A DNA stretch of 64,000 nucleotides, taken from positions 20,854,629-20,918,628 of the forward strand of contig NC_081391.1 in the NCBI RefSeq assembly GCF_030684315.1, read 5' to 3'. The stretch's first letter is position 1. The number at the start of each line of letters is the position of its first letter. The position numbers and the translations under genes were made by a program. The notes under the pieces were generated by a model. That model was given only the letters and a program-made list of their open reading frames with translations. It was not told the DNA's origin and searched no databases. The stretch comes from Stegostoma tigrinum. Its lineage: Eukaryota. This document shows positions 14,030 through 32,679 of this stretch, in pieces.

Positions 14030-15085
14030 GATTTCAGATAATCAAGTTTAGGAGACACAGATTTAGTTAAATTTGTACAGCCAACGGCCAGGGGAATGAT
14101 TGATCACTTCCCAGGTAGGTGTTGAAGGAAAGATATGAAAAGAGATTTCACTGAATCCAAACTTTGTGGAAGGGATTGGGAACCTCTCATCATCCGTACG
14201 TGGATCAAATCATTCCAAAGGATGCAGTTGGACAAACCTACAGAATGTGCCATTGATGCACAGCTAGGCACAGGAAGCAAGTTCAAACCAATTGTCACAA
14301 GCCAGTAGCATCTGCCAGTGCATCTGTTCCAATCCTTGAATCAGATGGGGCTCATCTCACCCACCAAAGCACTGTCTGTCCTTTCAAGATACATCCAAGT
14401 TGTGCTCTACGGGAGCAGATTGGGTTCAAATCTGTTGGAATCCAATAGCCCAGAGAAGCCCAAATTGTCACAACACTATGTGAAGAAGGGCTAAGAAAGA
14501 AACAACGCCAAAAAAGTCTGGATGTCAGCCAAGATAGATTCCAACAACAGAAGGATAGCATCAGTAAGAGCCTGTCAAGTTTTCTGTGACTTGTAGATTC
14601 AATTCTCAGAGGAATTATACTTGAGCAAAGCAAAAATTTTCTTCAAGTCTTGACAGTAGCAAGAAAATATGGTCTTGTTTTCAACAAAAGATCAAATAAA
14701 TTTGAGCCAATCAATTTATTTATTTGAATCTACTCATCAGCTGGTATTTGACTTCAACCTACCACAATAAAAGATTTACAGAAGATGCCTATACAAGATA
14801 GAAATGACTTACAAAGGGTTTTTTTTTGCCTTCTCTGACCACATGTTCTCAAATGTGTGATCTCTCAGGAGTTCTCTGCAAAAACATATGGAAGAAAGAT
14901 CCCTGGCATCATTTCAATCTCTCAAAAATGCTCCAGAAATTCCTAAATGTGTACTTCAACACTGTATTATAAATTTCGTGCAGTGCACTTATTTGGATAT
15001 TGACTGAAGAAGAACGTGACTATCTGTGGTTTATGTTACACAGACAACCAGGGAGTAAGGCAGGAATACCACCTATTCCCACAGA
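14030..15085 (+). mobile_element. Gypsy-like RT relic, third copy
   Basis: Manual translation: DVSQDRFQQQKD (14521-14556), LQVLTVARKYGLVFN (14641-14685), IKDLQKMPIQDRNDLQR (14767-14817), in the order of Ty3/Gypsy RT motifs; no YxDD seen. Confidence 0.65.
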
Positions 15086-15155
15086 GTATAAATACAAGAG
15101 CTTATAGCAAAGTGGCTTAGTTCTTGAGTTGTCTTGGTGATAGTGAGCAGCAATA

Positions 15156-17416
15156 ATGAAGATATCCTCCCAAGTGTGTCAGAACTAGCACAAGGACTGT
15201 GAGGATGCTGTTAACAAGCAGATTAACCTGGAGCTCAATTCCTCCTATGTTTACCTCTCCATGGTGAGGCTTGTGGTGTTGAAGGTCTATTCTTTGTTTA
15301 TCTACCACCCCACCAAGGGTATGATAGGGGTGGGCAATATGTCAGTGATAGTTCTATCCCATGTGTTTTACAGCTGTCTTTTGAATTCTATCTTGGGTGG
15401 ATAGAATTTCTTTGAAGCCTATGAGTTGGTTTGAATGTTTTTCTCTCTACCAACCTTCTAATCCACTCAAGTGATTATTCAAGGCTTATTTTTCTGGCTG
15501 TCTTATTAACTGATTGCTCTGTATCCTACCAGCTTTGTTTCATGAGGTGTTTTATTAGAACCAAATCCAAGGTTCCTTGTAACTTCCTTGGTTTTTTATG
15601 ATGCATCAACCTGATCAATTTCTATTCAACTGTGAAGTGAATTGGATGACTCATTGGTAATATAAGAATGATTTTTGACACCCTCCCCTGCCTGTTTCCA
15701 AATGTGTAAATCCTGTTGTGTTGGACTTACTACTGGGTTCTTCCATGAGGACTTTCTCTCAATTGATTTGAACGACTACTTAGGGGGTTTGGTGTAAGGG
15801 CCTCTGATTACATCACTTGGGTTGTGAATGGAAATCCAGGTGCCCTGTTAAATCAGGTGTTTCTAAAATGTGATGGGCTCTCCCTTCATCACTTGAGATC
15901 TGGGGGAATTAATGGCTACTGAGGTGTTTTGTTGTAAGCTGCAGCTCATTAGCTTTCTCTCACCCTAATCAGGGCTGAGGGGTTGTGCCCATTCTATCCA
16001 CAATAAAATGGGGCTCACAGATGGTGAAGATGTTCAGTGCAGAGATGAAAGGTCTTGTTCACATGAATTTAGAGACCATATGGCCTTCTGTAGACATGAT
16101 TGTCATTTAAAATAGCATTGTGCTCAGTTGCTTTGCATTCAGCAATTTTTCCTCTAGATAACTAACTCTGGCCTGGGGTGGAGGGGGTTAGAAATCCACT
16201 TCCCAAGTCATCAATGATAAACTCTTGGGCTTTTTGCAAAAATCAGTGCCTCTCTCTTCAGTTTGTCAAATGATCTTTTATATTGCTAAACTCAGATCTC
16301 TAGTTCTGAGCAGTGCACAGCAGAATCTTGGTGTACTGCCTTGAAATTCAGGATCTGTACCATTCACTTTTTTCTACTAAGCTGAAAAACCAGAGACTCT
16401 TGCTGTAGTTCTGACTAGATAAGATCTGCAGCTTGTCCGACTGTGTCACTTTCTCCTCTTTCCCCCACAGTTCTCTTTCTTTGACCGGGATGATGTTGCC
16501 CTGCACTACTTTGCTGAGTTCTTCAAGGAGCAGTCCCATGAGGACCTGGAACATGCTGAGAAACTGATGGCATTCCAGAATAAACGTGGTAGCCAAGTCA
16601 TCCTGCAGGATATCAAGGTTGGTCTATCTGCCTACATCTGAACTAGACATGAATTTGAAGCTTATTCTGCTGAGTAATACCAAAATGCTGTATGGCACAC
16701 TAGTTCCTAGTTAGCTTTCCATTTCATTGCATTGCACTTCCCTTCATTTTTTCATGAGTGAAGCATCTGCCTCCTCCCTCTTCCAGAAGCCAGAGCAGGA
16801 TGAGTGGGGCAGTGGCCTGGAGACAATGCAGAGAGGTCTGCAGATGGAGAAGGATGTGAACCAGAGTCTGCTGGATCTGCACAAACTCGCCTCTGGTCAC
16901 AGAGCCCCTCATGTGAGTTCCTGATGAATTATTGGGGGTGATTCTGGAACCTGCCATGCACTGCATATTGTCCAAGGTCCATGTAAGGCTGTTTTGGTAT
17001 GGACACTACTTGTGCTCCTTGTCTTAGTTAACAATATGATTGTTATCATGTTGAAGTATCTGGGGTGTCAATTGTGAATTGTTTCTAGATAAATGGAATT
17101 AGCTTGGAAGCTATGTGCAAGTCCAGTTTACTGACTCTGGAATACTTGTGTGGCTGCAGGAACAGTTTTAATCTGTTTCTGTAGATAGCCATCCATCAGA
17201 GTAGAAACTCAGACAAATTTAGTCACATCTGTCTGAGCTAATTGTTCAATCCTTCTCCAGCTGTGTGACTTCCTGGAGAGGCACTACTTGGATGAGCAAG
17301 TGAGGATGATCAAGAAGCTGGGAGATCACATCACCAACCTGAAGAGACTGGGAGCCCCTGACAATGGCATGGGAGAGTACCTGTTTGACAGGCTCACCCT
17401 GGGGGAGAGTGACTGA
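15156..17416 (+). pseudogene. Ferritin copy 3, nonsense allele
   Basis: Start ATG changed to ATA (15162); in-frame ATG at 15156 but TAC>TAG at 15186-15188. Exon 1 ends 15263; exons 16471-16617, 16787-16912 and 17261-17416 are open. Confidence 0.9.
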
Positions 17417-18099
17417 ACTGACTGCAGGGAGCAAGCTTGTTGTCATGTGTCTGAATGGGAGACCTGTGGAGACTTTTTTGTAGAAGCATCTCATTGTCCT
17501 GTACCAAGTGCAAATAAACTGATCAACATTGGCCTGTCTTGCCTCCCTTTTTCAAGGTTAATCCTTGCTGTGATGTGTGCTGTAGTTTGTTTCAATCTGT
17601 TCCTGGTATGCATGTGCCAAAGTAACTGGTGCAGCTGTACCAGCCTTCAACATTTTAAAAGGCACTTGGATCTATACATGCACAGGAAAGGTTGAGGGAT
17701 GTAGGTAAATGGGGTTAGATTAATTTAGGTTATCTGGCTGTTATGGATGATTTAGACCAAAGGGTCAGTTTGGACTTTGCTTAGTCCAACTGAGGTATTC
17801 AGCTCACCAGGAGGTTTATTCTCAAGTTTGTGGCTGAGCCAAACGCAACTTTTTAAAATAAGTTTAGGAACATTTCATGTTCCCATACATGGTCTTTTAG
17901 CCAAATGTAGGTTTTTTTTGGTGGGGGGGGGGGAGGTGGGGAGAGAAAGAAACACTAACACTCCTATAAGCGAGCTTGACAAGGGGCTGTGAGCTACAAC
18001 AACAAAACTGGAGATTCCAACAAAGAGACAGGAGTAGTCCATTTGCATCTTAAGCCCAAAAGGATAGTAAACAAAAACATAACTAAGGATTGGCACACC

Positions 18100-19985
18100 A
18101 TGGATCCTCAATCAGCACTTTGTCGTTTTCAACACTTGTCTGTTCTGAGTCAGCGGAGAATGGTAGTCAGCAAATCTAACACTGGCCACTGCAGGGTGAG
18201 GGACAACATCCTCCAATATTGATGAGGGCGAGAACTTCATCAGAGTTTCGATGTTCAATTTTGGGAGCCATGGCTTGATTTCATCTCGTGCCACTGGCCA
18301 GGAGAAACGATTGATCAATTCATAGGTAGATGTTGAAGGAAGTGTGTGAAAAGTGAATTCACTGAAGCACATCCATGTGGAAAAGGTTACAGAACACATT
18401 ACTAGAAACTAGAACAGCACATCCATCACATCCTTCCAGAGAGTTCAGAAGCAAAGTTGCTGGAAAAGCCCAGCAGGTCTGGCAGCTTCTGTGATGGAAA
18501 GAGTTACCATTAACGAAATTAGCTCTGAGGGAGGGTCACTGGACCTGAAATGTTAACACTGGTTGTGGTGTTTTTTTTTTCTTCTTCCTTCACAGATGCT
18601 GTCAGATCTGCTGAGCTTTTCCGGCAACTGTGTTTTTATTCCTGATTTACAGCATCCACAGTTCTTTTGGCTTTCCTTCGGGAGGGTTGTTCTGGACAAA
18701 CAGAATTTGCCATTGACAAACCCGAGTGTTGAAAGCAATTGTCACAAGCCAGCAACATCTATCTGCCAGTACTTGTCTGTACAACACCTATTACAAACCT
18801 TGAATCAGATGTGGCTCATCTCACCCACCAAAGCACTGTCCATCCTTTCAAGATACATCCAAGTTGTGTTCCATGTGAGCAGATTGAGTTCCAATCTGTT
18901 GGAATCCAATAGCTCAGGGAAGCCCAAATTGTAACAAAACATCATGTGAATCAGGGCCAAGAAAGAAACAATGCCAAAGAAGCTTGGAACAGTTTGTCAT
19001 CCGGATAGATTCCAACAACAGAAGGACAGAATCAGCGAGAACCTGCAAAGATGTGCCTTGTAGATACCATTTTCGGAAGAATTACACATGAACAAAGCAC
19101 AAAACTTCTCCAGTAGCAAGGAATCATGGTCTTGTTTTCAACTGTACAAAAGATCAAATAAATTTGAGCCAAATCAATTCATTCACTTGAATCTACTCAT
19201 CAGCTGGTATTAGACCTCATGCTACCAAAATAAAACATATACAAAAGATGTCTATACAAGATAGAAATGACATACAAAGGTGGCTCAATTTCTTTCAATT
19301 TCCCTGCCCACGTGTTCTCAAATTTGCAACTGCTCAGGAGTTCTCTGCAAAAACATATGGCAGAAAGATCCCTGCATAATTTCATACTCTCAAAACTGCT
19401 CCATCTACCAGCAAGCACATACTTCAACATTCTATTACAAAATTTATTGCAGTGTAGTTATTTGGGTATTGACTCGAGAAGAACATGGGAACCTATGGTT
19501 TGTGTTACACAAACAACCAGGGAGTAAGCTAGGAACGCCACCTATTCCCACAGAGCCAGTCACCACATTCATTCATCAAAGTCTCTGGTGGCCATTGAAT
19601 GACCATGTTACATCCATGAGTTTGGACAAAGCCCTTTGTGACTAATGGACATTCCCTGCAACTCAGGTCCATTTTGACCAGGACATCTGTCTCTCTCCAG
19701 AGATAACAAGGTGTAGAGCTGGATGAACGCAGCAGGCCAAGCAGCACCAGAGGAGGAGGAAGGCTGGTATTTCGGGCCTAAACCCTTCAAACCCCAGATA
19801 CATTTTCTGTTCTGGCTGGTCAACTGTGTCCATTGGTAGTGTTTGTCCCGAGAGGACTGTGCGTGGATGCTGATGGTGGTTCCTGTTGTCAATCACTTTG
19901 ATTTTTCCTGCCCACATGTTCTCAAATTTGCTCTATCTGGCCCATCAAACCCAGAGTTAAATCCAAAGGAACACACCTCATCACC
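18100..19985 (+). mobile_element. Gypsy-like RT relic, fourth copy, with nested short repeats
   Basis: Collinear with 14030-15085 and 30930-32520; interrupted by Penelope-terminal repeats at about 18440-18680 and 19700-19790. Confidence 0.6.
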
Positions 19986-19986
19986 T

Positions 19987-20752
19987 CATGCTGAGAAACT
20001 GATGGCATTCCAGAATAAATGTGGAGGCCGAGTCCTCCTGCAGGTTGTCAATGTTGGTCTATCCTCCTACATTATAATGACCTGTAGTAGACATGGATTT
20101 GAAGCTTGCACTTGGCTGGGGTAATGCTGTATGGTGCACACTGAATTTCCATCTCGTTGTATTGCACTTTGCTTCATTTTTCACTTTTCTGCCTCTTCCC
20201 TCCCTCTAGAAGCCAGAGCAGGATAAGTGGGGCAATGGCCTGGAGGCAATGCAGAGAGCTCTGCAGATGGAGAATGATGTGAACCAGAGTCTGCTGGATC
20301 TGCACAAACTCTCCTCAGACCACACGGACCCTCATGTGAGTTCTCGATCAATTTTCAGAGTCACGTTATTGACTCCACTACCAATCTGAAGTATCTGGGT
20401 TTAAAGATAGTTCATGGGGAAATGCTCTCAGCGAAACGGCATTAGCTTGGCACATGTGCAGGTCTAGCTTGCTCTGCCTTCTGGAATATTTATGGATGAA
20501 AAGGCACTTTTCTCCTTGAAGATAGCCAGCTGATCTAGCTATCCATAACAGCAGAAACCCAAATAAAAACTAATTTAATCTTGCTCTCCCTTCCTGTTCT
20601 TCCAGCTGTGAGACTTCCTGGAGAGGCACTACTTGGATGAGCAAGTGAAGATGATCAAGAAGCTGGGAGATCACATCACCAACCTGAAGAGACTGGGAGC
20701 CCCTGACAATGGCATGGGAGAGTACCTGTTTGACCGGCTGACACTCAGCTGA
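19987..20752 (+). pseudogene. Ferritin copy 4, 5'-deleted fragment, short C-terminus
   Basis: Promoter, exon 1 and over half of exon 2 missing; exon 2 remnant 19987-20052, exon 3 20210-20335, exon 4 20606-20752 starting CTG TGA GAC and ending LTLS*. Confidence 0.9.
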
Positions 20753-21529
20753 TGAGTTTTAGAAGATTTCAGTACTTTACATGAGGCTGAAATGGAAACC
20801 TGTTCTGACTGTCTGTTGCATATAGAAATAAACATCTCTGAAACTTATTGCTGTATTGCTCATTGCCTGACAATTGACCCAAAGGTTTCTAGGTGTATAA
20901 AGTGGTTCTGGTATCTTTCACATACTCTTGGCATTCTTCACTGCTCCTGACCAATCCAGTGTTACTGACCTCTCTAAGCTACACATCAGCAGAAAGGGGC
21001 TTCCTTTGGCTTCACCCAGCCCCCAATCTTGCAAACCATTACTGTTTGCTGCATCAAGGGGACTTCTGCCATTGCAATGGCTGGTAATTATAATCATGGT
21101 CTATTTTAATATTGCCTATGACATTTGGAAACATGCTAATTGAGCGATAGCATGACATTAGATTGGGAATGAAAATCCTGGTTTTTCTTGAAATAACAAA
21201 GCTGCTTTGAAACTTTCCATGAAACACTTCCAGCTCAAGTACAGCACCAGGCTGGTAATGTGGTAATGTTTCCTCTACTCACTGGAACTGAAAGTTAAGT
21301 TCTTGTGACTCTCTAGCTCTGAAAGTAAAGTGCCCTTTCATACAATCAGAAGTCCTCGGATCTCTTTCTTATAGAGGATGTCCTTCCCCCTGGGCATAGA
21401 CTTAAAAAAAGTTACCTCCACTGAGATTGAATAGAAGTTATACTTAGCTATGTAGGGCACAAGTGACTCAACACCTGTAGCATGGTGTTCATGCCCTCTT
21501 ATTAAAGGAATCAAAAGGTGCTGCCACTG

Positions 21530-22350
21530 GACTAATGATTCCCTCAATTTCAGCTGTGTTCCCACCTGGGGTCCCTACCTCTGCTCTGGAAAAGCCTCTC
21601 CTAGTTAGTTACAAATAGTATCGTAGTTGTGACCACATTAGACATGGTCTTGTTATAGTGCTCAAACAGCTGACCGGTTACATTCCAAATCCCACTGCTC
21701 TCGAAATTGAGAGGTTTTGTTTTGACCTGTTTGTTGCTGAACATTGACCACTTTAAGGTGACTCTTGGGATGCCAAATGTTGAACTATCACCTGCGCCCA
21801 TAGCACCCAAGGGCCATGCAAGAGGTTGGGTGAATAAAAGCAGAAAGGCTCAAGTTATGTCCCAAGGCTCCACCTTTCAAATGTTAAATCTTGTCTCTCA
21901 AATACCTGTCAAAATGAAGAGTTGCAGAAGGGATATTAGACTGTGTGATGTTTGTTGTTAGCAAGAAAAAAAGGTCCACTCGAAACTTGATGGCAATGGG
22001 AGCAAAAGGATTCTGGTAGAGTTATCTTCTTGATGCACTTTCCATTTCACCAACTTGTTTCACTCTCAGATTGACTGCAAACTATCTGGTGCAGGTCAAT
22101 ATCCTTTGGTTGAGACATCAGATATAACGTGTTGGGTCTGATGAACCTTCCACAAAAGGGAGGAAGTTCTGAGGTAGTGTCATTAGACCCAAAATATTAA
22201 CTGATTTCTTTTCACAAATGCTGCCAGACCTGCTGCTTTTGTTCCCGATTTACAGCATCTGTGATTCTTTCAGTTTTTTAAAAATCTAATATTCTTTGAC
22301 TGTTCTGATCAATATCAGTATCACTGACCTTTTCTGGATCTGATGAAAGA
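21530..22350 (+). repeat. Segmental duplicate of spacer 7950-8780
   Basis: Shared strings such as 'atgattccctcaatttcagctg', 'gaccacattagacatggtcttg', 'gaataaaagcagaaaggctcaagtta'. Confidence 0.8.
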
Positions 22351-22459
22351 TCATAGAATCCCTTCAGTGTGGAATCAAGCCATTCGGCCCATTGAGTACA
22401 CACTAACCCTCCGAAGAGCATCCCACCAAGACCAAACCCTACCTTATTCCTGCTTAAAT

Positions 22460-25150
22460 AAAAACCAAAAGAACTGTGAATGCTGTAAATCAGGAACAAA
22501 AACAAAGTTGCTGGAAAAGTTCAGCAGCTCTGGCAGCATCTGTGAAGGAAAAAAATCTGAATTAACATTTCTGGTCTCAGAACTGATGGTCTCTGGGAAA
22601 ATGCCAGCTTATATGCAGAAAATAGGGTCGAGTGTGGAAGAGGGAGTAAACAATTGGAGAGAGCCTAAAAACAGAGAAGAACAGTTGAACAGTCAAAGAA
22701 GTTGATCACAATCTAGCGAGGAGGGTGAATAGTTGTTATTGGGGACTGTCTGGGTAGATCCATCGCTTCAGCCTGTCTCTTCATGGGGTTTGTGGAACAT
22801 TCCTTATTCCAGTCTTCTTCCTGCCCCACAAACTCATTTCTTCCGACCTTGCCTCAGTTTTCTCTCCCCTGGTCCAACCCCTGCCCACATACATCAGTAA
22901 TTCCTTTGACACCTTACACCAGTTTCAAAACTTCTAGTTTACCAGCTCCAGCCACCTCCTCTTTACCATGGATGTGCAATCTCTTTACATATCCATTCCC
23001 CATCAGGAGGGCCTTAGGGCTCTCCGCTTCTTCCTGGAGCAAAGACCTGAGCCATCCCCAGCCACCACCACCCTCCCCCGTTTCACAGAGCTCGTCCTCA
23101 CCCTGAACAACTTCTCTTTCAACTCCTCTCATTTTCTTCAGGTAAGAGGGGTTGCCGTGGGTACCTGCATGGGCCCTTAGTTATGCCTGCCTGTTCATGG
23201 GGTATGTGGAACATTCCTTGCTCCTGTCCTATTCCAGGCCCCACCTACAACTCTTTCTCGGATATCATCGGTGATGCTTCTCTCTCTCATTTGGAATTGG
23301 AAGAGTTCATTGATTTCACTTCCAATTTCCACCTTGCCCTCACCTTCACCTGGTCTATTTCTGACTCCTCCCTTCCCTTCCGTGGCATTTCTGTTTCCAT
23401 TTCTGGGAATAGACTGGCCACTAATATCCATTATAAACCCACTGACTCCCACAGCTACCTGGACCATAGATCCTCACACTCCACTTCCTGTAAAGACTCC
23501 ATCCCATTCTCTCAGTTCCTCCATCTCCGTCACATATGTTCAGATGAGACCAACTTTGATTGAGGAGCCTCCAAAATGTCCACACACTTCCTCAACCGAG
23601 AATTCCCCAGCTCTGTTGTTGACAGGGCTCTCAACCAGGTCCAATCCATCTCGAGCACTTCCGCCCTCACCCGTTCTCTTCCCTCCCCTCGTCCTAACTG
23701 ACCATCCCACCAGCATCAACATCCAGAAGAACATCAGATAACATCTCCTGCAAAATACCACCACCAGACACATATTCCACTCCCCTTCCACAGGGACCGT
23801 TCCCTCCAGGACACCGGGGTCCACACTTCCTTCACCCCCATACCCTGCCACAGCCCTAGAGCATCTTCCCCTGTAACTGGCAAAGGTGCAACAGCCGCCC
23901 ATTTACCTCCCTCCCCAGTCTCCAAGGGTCCAAACATTCTTTCCAGGTGAAGTCATACTTCACCTGCACCTCCCAGAATCTAATCTACTACATTTGCAGC
24001 TCACAAAGTGATGTCCTCTTCGTTGGGGAAACAAAAAATGAACTCGGTGACCACTTCGCAGAACATCTACGTTCAGCTTGCAATAAGTGACCTAGAGCTA
24101 CCTGCCGTTTTAACAGACCACCTTGCTCCCTCATCAACATCTCTGTCTCAGGAGCCAGGGATGGAGCCAATAAAAAGGTGAGTGTAAGTAGGGAGGTAGG
24201 GAAGGAGATAGGTCAGTCCAAGGAGGGCAGGCAGGTCAAGGGGCAGGATGAGGTTAGTAAGCAGGAGATGGGTGTGGGGCTGGAGCTGGGAGGAGGGTAT
24301 AGGTGGGAAGGAAGGGCAGGTTAGGGAGGCTGGGCTGGTTTTGGGATACATTGTGGGAGGGGGGATTTTGAAGCTTGTGAAGTCCACATTGATACCATTG
24401 GGCTGCAGGGTTCCCAAACAGAATAGGAGTTGCTTTTCCTGCAACCTTCAGGTCACATCGTTGTGGCACTGCAGGAGGCCCAGGATGGACATGTCATCAG
24501 AGGAATGGGAGGGAGAAGTTGAAATGGTTCACAACTGGGAGGTGCAGTTGTTTAGTGCAAACTGAGCATAGGTGTTCTGCAAAGTGGCTGCAAACCCCCT
24601 TCCCCCATTTCTGAAGAAAGGTCTAGGTCCAAAACATCAGCCTTCCTGCTCCTCTGATGCTGCTTGGCCTGCTGTTTTCATTCAGCTCTATACCTTATTC
24701 TCTCAGATTCTCCAGCATCTGCAGTTCCTACTATCTCTGGAAGAACAACACCTCATTTTCCACTTGAGGACCCTGCAGCCCTCTGGGCACAATATCAAGT
24801 TCAATAATTTTAGGGCCTAAACACTCCTGCATCCCAGCCCCCTACCCTACACACTAGGCCCTGTTACCACATAGCCTGCCATTACACACTACCTATTATT
24901 AGCCACAAACAGTCTCCATTAATAACTATTCACCCTCCCAGCCAAATTATTACCAACTTCCTTGTCTGCCCAGCTGTTCTTCTTTGTCTTTTGGTTCTAC
25001 TCTGTTTTGTATTCTCTTCCCCACTCCCCTCCCTATTTTCTGCACATGAACCACTGTTTTCCCAGCTACCATCAGTTCTGACAAAGGGTCACTAGATCCA
25101 AAACATTAACTCTGAATTTTTCCTCACAGATGCTGCCAGACCTGCTGAGT
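22460..25150 (+). mobile_element. Degenerate Penelope-like element with inverted 5' terminal repeat and nested second-family fragment
   Basis: RT motifs MDVQSLYISIPH, LVLTLNNFSFN, GVAVGTCMGP, YKPTDSHSYLD; GIY-YIG remnant near 23980-24070; terminal repeat 24880-25150 is inverted at 22460-22750; many stops and frameshifts. Confidence 0.85.
24149..24740 (-). mobile_element. Inverted 3' fragment of the first Penelope family nested in the second element
   Basis: Minus ORF QEKQLLFCLGTLQPNGINVDFTSFK matches the end of ORF 5645-6868; followed by a plus-strand terminal repeat at 24610-24740. Confidence 0.8.
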
Positions 25151-25337
25151 TTAAGTACAAGCCTACCAAGATCCATTTGAAAGCATGACCCTGTTTACAC
25201 AGTCAACATCTACTTGACTCTTGCTGTTACACACCATTCCCTGTCTTAAATTAGTGCCTGGATTGATGGGAGATTCCTGATTGGCTACTGGGGATTGTCA
25301 ATCATCATTGGTGATTGAGGTTGTGGTGGAGAGGCTT

Positions 25338-25445
25338 AGTCCCAGTCCCAGTCCCAGTCCCAGTCCCAGTCCCAGTCCCACTCCCACTCCCACTCCCAGT
25401 CCCACTCCCACTCCCACTCCCACTCCCACTCCCACTCCCACTCCC

Positions 25446-25446
<1 letters not shown>
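25338..25446. repeat. Compound hexamer microsatellite (CCCAGT)n(CCCACT)n
   Basis: About 18 units read directly; occupies the place of the 5'UTR and start codon of copy 5. Confidence 0.95.
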
Positions 25447-29993
<4,547 letters not shown>

Positions 29994-30929
29994 ACTGACT
30001 GTTGGAAATGAGCTTGTTGTCATGTGTCTAAATGGAGACCTGTAGAGACTTCTCATTTTTGTAGAAGCAGCTCACTGTCCTGTACCAAGTGTAAATAAAC
30101 TGCTCAATATTGGACTGTCTTACTTCCTTTTCTGGGTTAATGCTTGCTGTGAGCTGTGCTGTAGTTCAATCCTGTTTTGGTTCTGTTCCTGCTGATGGGA
30201 ACATTTTCCCCACTGGGCTATGGGTTTCACTGTCTGGACCTAGTTGCCTCTGCCATAGTGAGCTGCTGCCTTGAGCCACCTTACCATCTTGTGTGGGTAG
30301 ACCCACAATACCCTCTGTCAGAAGAGGTTAGCACTGACCCAGGAACAGTGAAGGGTCTGGAATGGCTCATGCTGCTATCTTAGCAAAAGGACCAACCAAG
30401 CAGAGGGTTTGAAACCATCAGGGAAACTGGTGGGTGATGGTGAAAGATGAGATTCCAGCAAATGAAACATAACCTGGAGGGGCATAGCCAAATACTAGCA
30501 AATGGGACAGATCAGCTTCCCTATATCTAGTGGGCATGGGTGAATGAGTCTGGGCCAGTTTCTGTAATGGGGGTGGTAGTATCAGAAGGTTAATTCCATC
30601 ATGTTTACAGCTGTCAAACAGTGACTTGTTGTCCTTTTTTATATATGGTCCTTGGACTTTTATAAGGAGGGGAATGTGAACTGGTAAACATTTACGTTTT
30701 TCCTCATTTGAAGACATCAGCAGGCCAAAAAGTTCTCTCCTACAAGGCAGCCAAGCAAAGGCCTGTGCCATCCAACTCAACTGGAGAACATGAGCTGCTG
30801 CTTCTCAAAGACCAAACAGATTGGCATTCTGTCAGAGTTTCTGGTGTTGAAGGGTATTGCCATTCCTTCAGATCAGCAAATAAAATAAATGCTGGGCACT
30901 GTAGGTTTTTAACATTTGGATGTTAGGTA

Positions 30930-32520
30930 ATCAACTTCAGGAGACCCAGCTTTAGTTTGGGTCATACTAAAAGAGTCGGGAAAGTGATTGATCAATTTGC
31001 AGGTAGTGTTTTTTTTTGAAAAAAGGTACGAAGTGACTTCACCAAAGCCACCCTATTGCAATTGATTATGGAACTCCATTATCTGTACATCCACCAAATC
31101 CTTTAATGTCAAATATCCATTCTGGGGGAAACCAACAGAATGTACTATTGATGCACACCTGGGTAAAGGAAACCAGTTCACAAATGTCACAATCCAGTGG
31201 CATCTGACAATGGTTGACCAGAACAACTATTCCAAACCTTAAATCAGACATGGCTCATTTTGCCCACTAAAGCACTGTCTGTCCTTTCAAGGTCCATCCA
31301 AGTTCTGTTCTATGTGGTAGCAAGGTGATGAGCTGGATGAACACAGCAGGCCAAGTAGCATCAGAGGAGCAGGAAGGCTGACATTTCGGGCCTTGAACCT
31401 TCTTCAGAAATGGGCAAGGGAAAGGGAAGGGTCTAATTGTCAGCTTTCCTGCTCCTCTGATGCTGCGCTTCGCCTGCTGTTTTCATCCAGCTCTATACCT
31501 TGTTATCGCAGATTCTCCAGCATCTGCAGTTCCTACTATTTCCACGTGAGCCGATTGGGTTCAAATCTGTTGGAAACCCAATAGCCCAGAGAAGCCTGAA
31601 TTGTAACAAAAGACCATGTGAAGAAAGAAGCAATGCTAAAGGAGCTTAGAACAGGATGTCAGCCAGGATAGATTCCAACAACAAAAGGACAGCATCAGTG
31701 AGAACCTGCCAAGATATCTGCATCTTCTCTATTCAATTCTCAGAAGAACTACACTTAAACAAAACACAACTTCCTCAACTTGTGACAATAGCAAGGAATC
31801 ATGGCCTTGTTTTCAACAGTACAAAAAAATCAAATAGGTTTGAACCAAATTAAGTTATTCAGTTGAATCTACTCATCAGCTATGACTTCATCCTACCAAA
31901 ATAAATGATACACAGAAGATGCCTCTACAAGATAGAAATGACTTGCAAAGGTGTCTCAATTTCTTCAGCTTTCTCTGCCCACATGTTCTGAAATTGGCAA
32001 CCACTCAGGAGTTCTCTGCAAAAACATATGGCAGAAAAATCCCCTGCATAATTTCAATCTCTCAAAAATGCTCCAATTCCAGTAAGTGTACACTTCCACA
32101 TTTGTGTTATAATTTCCTGCAGCGTATTTATTTGGGTATTGACACGAGAAGAAAATGGTCCGTGGTTTGTGTTACACAGACAACCAGGGAGTAAGACATG
32201 AACACCACCTATTCCCACAGAGCCAGGCATCACAGACATTCATCAAAGCCTCTGGTGACCATTGAATGGCCACGTGATGTCCATTAGTTGGGACAAAGCC
32301 ATTTGTGACAAAGGGACGTTCCCTGCTTCTCAGGTCCATTTTGACGAGGACATCTGTCAATCTCCAGATACATTTTCTGTTCAGGCAGGTCAACGGTGTC
32401 CATTGGTGGGGTCCCTCCTCAGGAGGGCTGTGTAACAATGTTGATTGTTGGTTCCTGATGTCACAGACTCCCTTATCTGGTCCATTAAACACAGAGTTAA
32501 AACAAAGTAAGCATCTCCTC
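30930..32520 (+). mobile_element. Gypsy-like RT relic, fifth copy
   Basis: ORF track shows LVTIARNHGLVFNSTKK and MPLQDRNDLQRCLNFFSFL; collinear with other copies; inverted short-repeat pair nested at 31321-31540. Confidence 0.65.
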
Positions 32521-32679
32521 ACTGATTCTGAGATCAAACTGCTTAGAGTCACAGAGTCATACAGCACAGAGATAGACCCTTTGGTCCAACTCATCCAGGT
32601 ATCTCAAACTGAGCTCATCCCATTTGCCTGCATTTGGCTCATGTCTCCTGTTGAGGAACAAACGAAACACCCTCCAAAT

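Noticed and set aside
20750-20830. SECIS-like ATGA...AAA in the copy 4 3'UTR
   Set aside because: No correctly placed 3' GA, and the copy lacks promoter and exon 1.
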